A DNA stretch of 24,000 nucleotides. It comes from Eubacteriaceae bacterium ES2. GTDB lineage: Bacteria; Bacillota; Clostridia; Eubacteriales; Eubacteriaceae. The stretch lies in NCBI GenBank assembly GCA_031222025.1, contig CP130740.1, forward strand, positions 1,385,666 through 1,409,665. Reading direction: 5' to 3'. How positions within the stretch are numbered: position 1 is the first letter of the stretch; the number at the start of each line of letters is the position of its first letter. The notes below the pieces were generated by a model. It made no database searches. It was not told the DNA's origin and saw nothing but the letters and a program-made list of their open reading frames with translations. A program made the translations under genes and the position numbers. Below are positions 20,201 to 24,000 of this stretch, piece by piece.

Positions 20201-20342
20201 TAGAAATTGGACAGAAAAAATTCAGACTAAAGTTGATGACGTGATTAACAAGGTTTTAAAGTATCGGTTTAAAGAAGCACAAGCTGATGCTGAGTGCTTG
20301 CTTGCGAAATTGAAAGAGGAAAAGCATGAAAACTTTAAGTGA
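17260..20342 (+). CDS. Hybrid sensor histidine kinase, RsbT-like N-terminal region-PAS-HisKA-HATPase-REC-REC-HPt, with an apparent 1-nt frameshift near 18735-18745
   Basis: Track ORFs 17245-18747 and 18900-20342 are two parts of one gene. [53 protein letters not shown][G]RVGVESVYGQGSTFWFTVPF, YRALVVDDHENARL (REC1), ARILLVEDNEINQEV...MDMQMPVMDG (REC2) and LIHSLKGVAGNIGA (HPt). RBS GGGGAG precedes ATG 17260. Confidence 0.88.
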
Positions 20343-21441
20343 ATGTAATGTTCTGATAGTAGATGATACAGAGATAAATATTGATATTCTCGTAGAGGCG
20401 CTGGGGGATGATTATGATCTATCTGTAGCTCTTGACGGTGAAACGGCACTTGAAATAATTTCAGAAGAAATGCCAGATTTAATTCTACTGGATATAATGA
20501 TGCCTGGAATGAGCGGCTATGAAGTATGTCATCTATTAAAAAACAATCATCAAACAAAAGACATTCCAATTATTTTTCTGACAGCAATGACCGATATCGA
20601 CAGCAAAAAGAAAGCCTTTGAAGCTGGGGCAGTAGATTATATAACAAAGCCATTTGAAATTATTGAAGTGCGGGCAAGAACACAGACTCATTTGATGTTA
20701 ACCTTAATTCAACAGGATCTGGACATGAAGAATAAAAATCTAGAAAAACTGGTGGAGATTCGAACGAAAGAATTATGCATGACTCAGGATATTACCATCG
20801 AAGCACTTGCAGCATTAGCGGAATATCGTGATCCAGACACCGGAGGACATATTAATCGAACAAAAAATTATGTTCGAATTTTGGGAAGAGCTTTACATAA
20901 TACTCAGAAGTATCATGGTTTACTAACTGAGAAACTGATAGAAGAATTATATAAGTCTGCGCCTTTGCACGATATTGGAAAAATTGGTATTCGTGATGAA
21001 ATTTTACTGAAGCCTGGCAAATTGACAGAAGAAGAATTTACGATTATGAAAAATCATACTTTGATTGGCTTCAACGCAATCCAGGTGGCTTCTAATCGGT
21101 TAGGTGGTAACTCGTTTTTAAAATCGGCAATGGAGTTTTCCAAGTATCATCACGAAAGATGGGATGGCATGGGATATCCTGATAAATTATCGGGCGAAGA
21201 TATACCCTTGCCTGGTCGAATAATGGCAGTTGCCGATGTTTATGATGCTTTGATCAGCAAGCGCTGCTATAAGCAGCCGTTTGCCCACCGGGAGGCTGTT
21301 GGGTTGATAAATGAAGGAAAAGGGAGTCAATTTGATCCTGATATTGTTGATGTATTTATGAAAGAACAAGAAGCTTTTAGGCAAATTGCTCTAAAATATG
21401 CCGATTGTGAAGAAGAACGGATTAAACTAAACGAAATTTAA
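20326..21441 (+). CDS. REC-HD-GYP response regulator, predicted c-di-GMP phosphodiesterase
   Basis: NVLIVDDTEINIDILVEAL, LILLDIMMPGMSGYEV and FLTA...KPF receiver motifs; HDIGKIGIRDEILLKPG and HHERWDGMGYPDKLSGEDIPLPGRIMAVADVYDAL. ATG lies 17 nt inside the end of the kinase gene. Confidence 0.93.
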   Translation: MKTLSECNVLIVDDTEINIDILVEALGDDYDLSVALDGETALEIISEEMPDLILLDIMMPGMSGYEVCHLLKNNHQTKDIPIIFLTAMTDIDSKKKAFEAGAVDYITKPFEIIEVRARTQTHLMLTLIQQDLDMKNKNLEKLVEIRTKELCMTQDITIEALAALAEYRDPDTGGHINRTKNYVRILGRALHNTQKYHGLLTEKLIEELYKSAPLHDIGKIGIRDEILLKPGKLTEEEFTIMKNHTLIGFNAIQVASNRLGGNSFLKSAMEFSKYHHERWDGMGYPDKLSGEDIPLPGRIMAVADVYDALISKRCYKQPFAHREAVGLINEGKGSQFDPDIVDVFMKEQEAFRQIALKYADCEEERIKLNEI

Positions 21442-21470
21442 ATGACAAAAATTATTAAGGAGTTACTAGA

Positions 21471-22454
21471 TTGATCGAAAAAAAGAGACTGGAACTTTCT
21501 ACACAAATGCTCATCAGTGCGGCAGAAAAGCGGAAGTTATGTGTTCAAGTTCTAGATTATGAAGATAATTTTATTCGCATCCATGACGAAAAAAAGGTTG
21601 AGTATATCAAGGAGGCAACAAAAACCTCAGTGGATCCCTATATTGTCCCATTAATTATGGAGAATAAAGAAATTACCAAATTGATTTTAAGAGAACAAAA
21701 GATCAATGTTCCAGAGGGGATTCGCGTAAATTCCCTTGAAGAAGGGCTTGCCTTATATTCGGATTGGGATAAAAAAGCGTTGGTTATTAAACCCAAGAAT
21801 ACTAACTTTGGTCTTGGGATTACCATCCTAAAAAAACTTGAGTCGATGGAAGCTTTTAAAGACGCCTTGCAATTTGCCTTTTCTTATGATAAAACAGTGC
21901 TGATAGAGACCTTTGTTCGGGGAAAAGAATATCGTTTTCTGGTGATTGGCGATGAAGTTGCTGGAATTTTGCACCGCGTCCCTGCCAATGTAAAAGGTGA
22001 TGGTATCATGACAATCAGTGAGCTGGTGAATGAAAAGAATAAAGACCCTTTGCGTGGTAAAGGGTATGTAACCCCGCTTGAAAAACTCAGCCTGGGAGAA
22101 ACAGAAATTGCTTTTTTGAAAGCCGACCACAGAACCAAGGATACGATTCCAGAAAAGGATGAATTGGTTTTTCTGCGGGAAAACTCCAATATCAGTACAG
22201 GTGGTGACAGTATAGACTACACTGAAATAATTAGGAGCGACTACAAGAAGATTGCCATTGAAGCTGCCAAGGCGGTTGGGGCGAAAATATGTGGCGTTGA
22301 TATGATGATAAGAAGTATCGACGAAAAAGCAGGCCAGGATAATTACAGCATTATAGAACTAAATTTTAATCCGGCACTGCACATCCATAATTATCCCTGG
22401 CACGGAAAAAACAGACATGTTGAGGAAAAAGTGCTGGATCTATTGGGCTTTTAA
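21471..22454 (+). CDS. Stand-alone ATP-grasp ligase resembling the C-terminal half of GshF (GshAB)
   Basis: TTG start with RBS AAGGAG at 21457-21462. LELSTQMLISAAEKRK...DNFIRI...EYIKEATKTSVDPYIVPLIMENKEITKLIL, FVRGKEYRFLVIGDEVAGILHRVPANVKGDG, NISTGGDSIDYTE and IIELNFNPALHIHNYP match the GshF ATP-grasp region. No gamma-glutamylcysteine ligase half is attached. Confidence 0.82.
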   Translation: MIEKKRLELSTQMLISAAEKRKLCVQVLDYEDNFIRIHDEKKVEYIKEATKTSVDPYIVPLIMENKEITKLILREQKINVPEGIRVNSLEEGLALYSDWDKKALVIKPKNTNFGLGITILKKLESMEAFKDALQFAFSYDKTVLIETFVRGKEYRFLVIGDEVAGILHRVPANVKGDGIMTISELVNEKNKDPLRGKGYVTPLEKLSLGETEIAFLKADHRTKDTIPEKDELVFLRENSNISTGGDSIDYTEIIRSDYKKIAIEAAKAVGAKICGVDMMIRSIDEKAGQDNYSIIELNFNPALHIHNYPWHGKNRHVEEKVLDLLGF

Positions 22455-22635
22455 TAGGTAAAGAATTTTAAAGCGGTTTGAAATCTTTAAATTATTTTGT
22501 TAAACTAGTAGAAACTAATAAATGTTGAAGTATTAAATAATTGATTAGATTATGATAGACCGGTTTTCTAAGTTTTAATAATCATAAATATGATTTGAGA
22601 TAGGAATAATAAAGTTAATCGTTGAGGAGGAACAT

Positions 22636-24000
22636 ATGCTACATTCAAGACCAGATGAAAAAGAGATTGAACAGGAATGCTTCCATGCATCTGTATTCAG
22701 TGAAGAAATTTTGAATTTCCCCAAGTATCATTTAAACGAAGAATCAGTTGATCCGGAACTGGCTTATCGGATTATAAAAAATGACTTAATGGATGAGGGG
22801 AATTCAAGACAGAATTTGGCAACTTTTTGCCAGACGGATATGCAACCGGAAGCGGTTCGGTTAATGGCGGAGACCCTGGAAAAAAATGCAATTGATAAAT
22901 CGGAGTATCCGCAGACCGCCGATTTAGAAAAACGGTGTGTCAATATTCTTGCTGATTTGTGGAATGCGCCAAAAGATAAAGCTTTTATAGGAACATCGAC
23001 AGTGGGTTCTTCAGAAGCGTGCATGCTTGGTGGACTGGCCATGAAGTTCAGATGGCGGAAAGCGGCGGAAATTAATGGACGCGACATTTATCGAAAAAAA
23101 CCTAATCTGGTTATTTCATCAGGTTTTCAGGTATGTTGGGAGAAGTTTTGTGTTTATTGGGATATTGAACTACGAACGGTTCCGGTTGATGAAACCCATC
23201 TGGCCATTAATCTTGATACGGTCATGGACTATGTAGATGACTATACCATCGGGATTGTTGCAATTATGGGAATCACCTACACGGGTAAATACGATGATGT
23301 AAAAGGCCTTAACGATCTGGTGGAAGTGTATAATCAACAGGCTGACTACAAAATACCGATTCATGTGGACGGTGCGTCAGGCGCCATGTTTGCTCCCTTT
23401 GCTTTTCCGGATCTAGAATGGGATTTCAGGCTTTCTAATGTGGTGTCCATTAATACGTCGGGACATAAATATGGATTGGTTTATCCAGGCATTGGATGGA
23501 TTATCTGGAAAGATCAGGAATTTGTTCCACAGGAACTGATCTTTGATGTCTCCTACCTGGGGGGCAGCATCCCCACGATGGCTATTAATTTTTCGCGTTC
23601 AGCCAGTCAAATCATTGGCCAGTATTTTAATTTTTTGTCTTTGGGTTATTCGGGCTATCAAAGTATACAATTGCGAACTCGGCGGGTTGCCAGGTTTATT
23701 GCTTCTGAGATCGAAAAAACGGGTTTGTTTGAAATGATTAATGATGGTGATAATATCCCGATCGTTTGCTGGAAAATGAAAACCGAAAAAAAATGGAACC
23801 TCTATGATCTGGCTGATCGTCTGCGGATGAACGGCTGGCAGGTTCCGGCCTATCCTTTACCAGAAAACTTGCAAAAAACAGTCATTCAACGGGTAGTGGT
23901 GAGACAGGATCTGAATCGACAATTAGCATTGCTTTTTGTCGAAGACTTAAAGCGGGCCATTATTGATCTGGATCATGCCCGAGTTCTTTTCAGTTCCCCA
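22636..24000 (+). CDS. gadB: Glutamate decarboxylase (PLP-dependent), 3' truncated by window end
   Basis: Not in the ORF track because no stop lies within the window; 455 open codons from ATG 22636, preceded by GAGGAGG. GTSTVGSSEACMLGGLAMKFRWR, IHVDGASGAMFAPF and INTSGHKYGLVYPGIGWIIW (PLP lysine region). Confidence 0.95.
   Translation, partial: MLHSRPDEKEIEQECFHASVFSEEILNFPKYHLNEESVDPELAYRIIKNDLMDEGNSRQNLATFCQTDMQPEAVRLMAETLEKNAIDKSEYPQTADLEKRCVNILADLWNAPKDKAFIGTSTVGSSEACMLGGLAMKFRWRKAAEINGRDIYRKKPNLVISSGFQVCWEKFCVYWDIELRTVPVDETHLAINLDTVMDYVDDYTIGIVAIMGITYTGKYDDVKGLNDLVEVYNQQADYKIPIHVDGASGAMFAPFAFPDLEWDFRLSNVVSINTSGHKYGLVYPGIGWIIWKDQEFVPQELIFDVSYLGGSIPTMAINFSRSASQIIGQYFNFLSLGYSGYQSIQLRTRRVARFIASEIEKTGLFEMINDGDNIPIVCWKMKTEKKWNLYDLADRLRMNGWQVPAYPLPENLQKTVIQRVVVRQDLNRQLALLFVEDLKRAIIDLDHARVLFSSP

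Noticed and set aside
18900-20342. Independent response-regulator gene as listed by the ORF track
   Set aside because: The same frame is open from about 18744 and encodes the end of the HATPase domain plus the start of REC1. The ATG at 18900 lies inside REC1 and has no RBS. It is the second part of a frameshifted hybrid kinase gene.
809-22189. Other short antisense ORFs (e.g. 1972-2286, 9859-10095, 14551-14814, 15843-16112, 17904-18146, 20222-20569, 21884-22189, 22764-23087)
   Set aside because: All antisense to well-supported CDSs, with no recognisable domains or convincing RBS. Considered by-products of sense coding bias.
23543-23737. Plus-strand 64-aa ORF in the track
   Set aside because: Lies wholly inside the glutamate decarboxylase reading frame, which has clear homology.
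1-24000. Mobile element, phage, CRISPR or defence island
   Set aside because: No transposase, integrase, phage structural genes, direct-repeat/spacer pattern or defence nuclease/helicase seen. All genes read as chromosomal metabolic or signalling functions.

Overview
AT-rich bacterial chromosomal window, probably Clostridia/acetogen-like (Acetobacterium-like by general impression; this is inference). It is protein-coding throughout, with no rRNA, tRNA, CRISPR or transposon signature that I can support. Left half: the 3' part of a DUF2252 gene, an ArsB/NhaD-type (SLC13-like) permease, two minus-strand membrane diguanylate cyclases, a membrane PAS-GGDEF-EAL protein, a beta-lactamase-fold lipoprotein, a multi-PAS-GGDEF-HD-GYP protein, an SGNH hydrolase and a DUF21/CBS/CorC-type membrane protein. 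Right half: the most interesting locus, a tightly packed and partly overlapping operon (about 15035-21441). It encodes a complete stressosome-like set: PAS-STAS RsbR-like, STAS RsbS-like, RsbT-like kinase and RsbX-like PP2C phosphatase. These are followed by a hybrid histidine kinase (REC-REC-HPt) and a REC-HD-GYP response regulator, with no sigB/rsbV/rsbW/rsbU in view. The hybrid kinase has a degenerate RsbT-like N-terminal region and is split by an apparent 1-nt frameshift in a G-run near 18735-18745. Downstream are a stand-alone GshF-type ATP-grasp ligase and a glutamate decarboxylase that runs off the window and is missing from the supplied ORF track.
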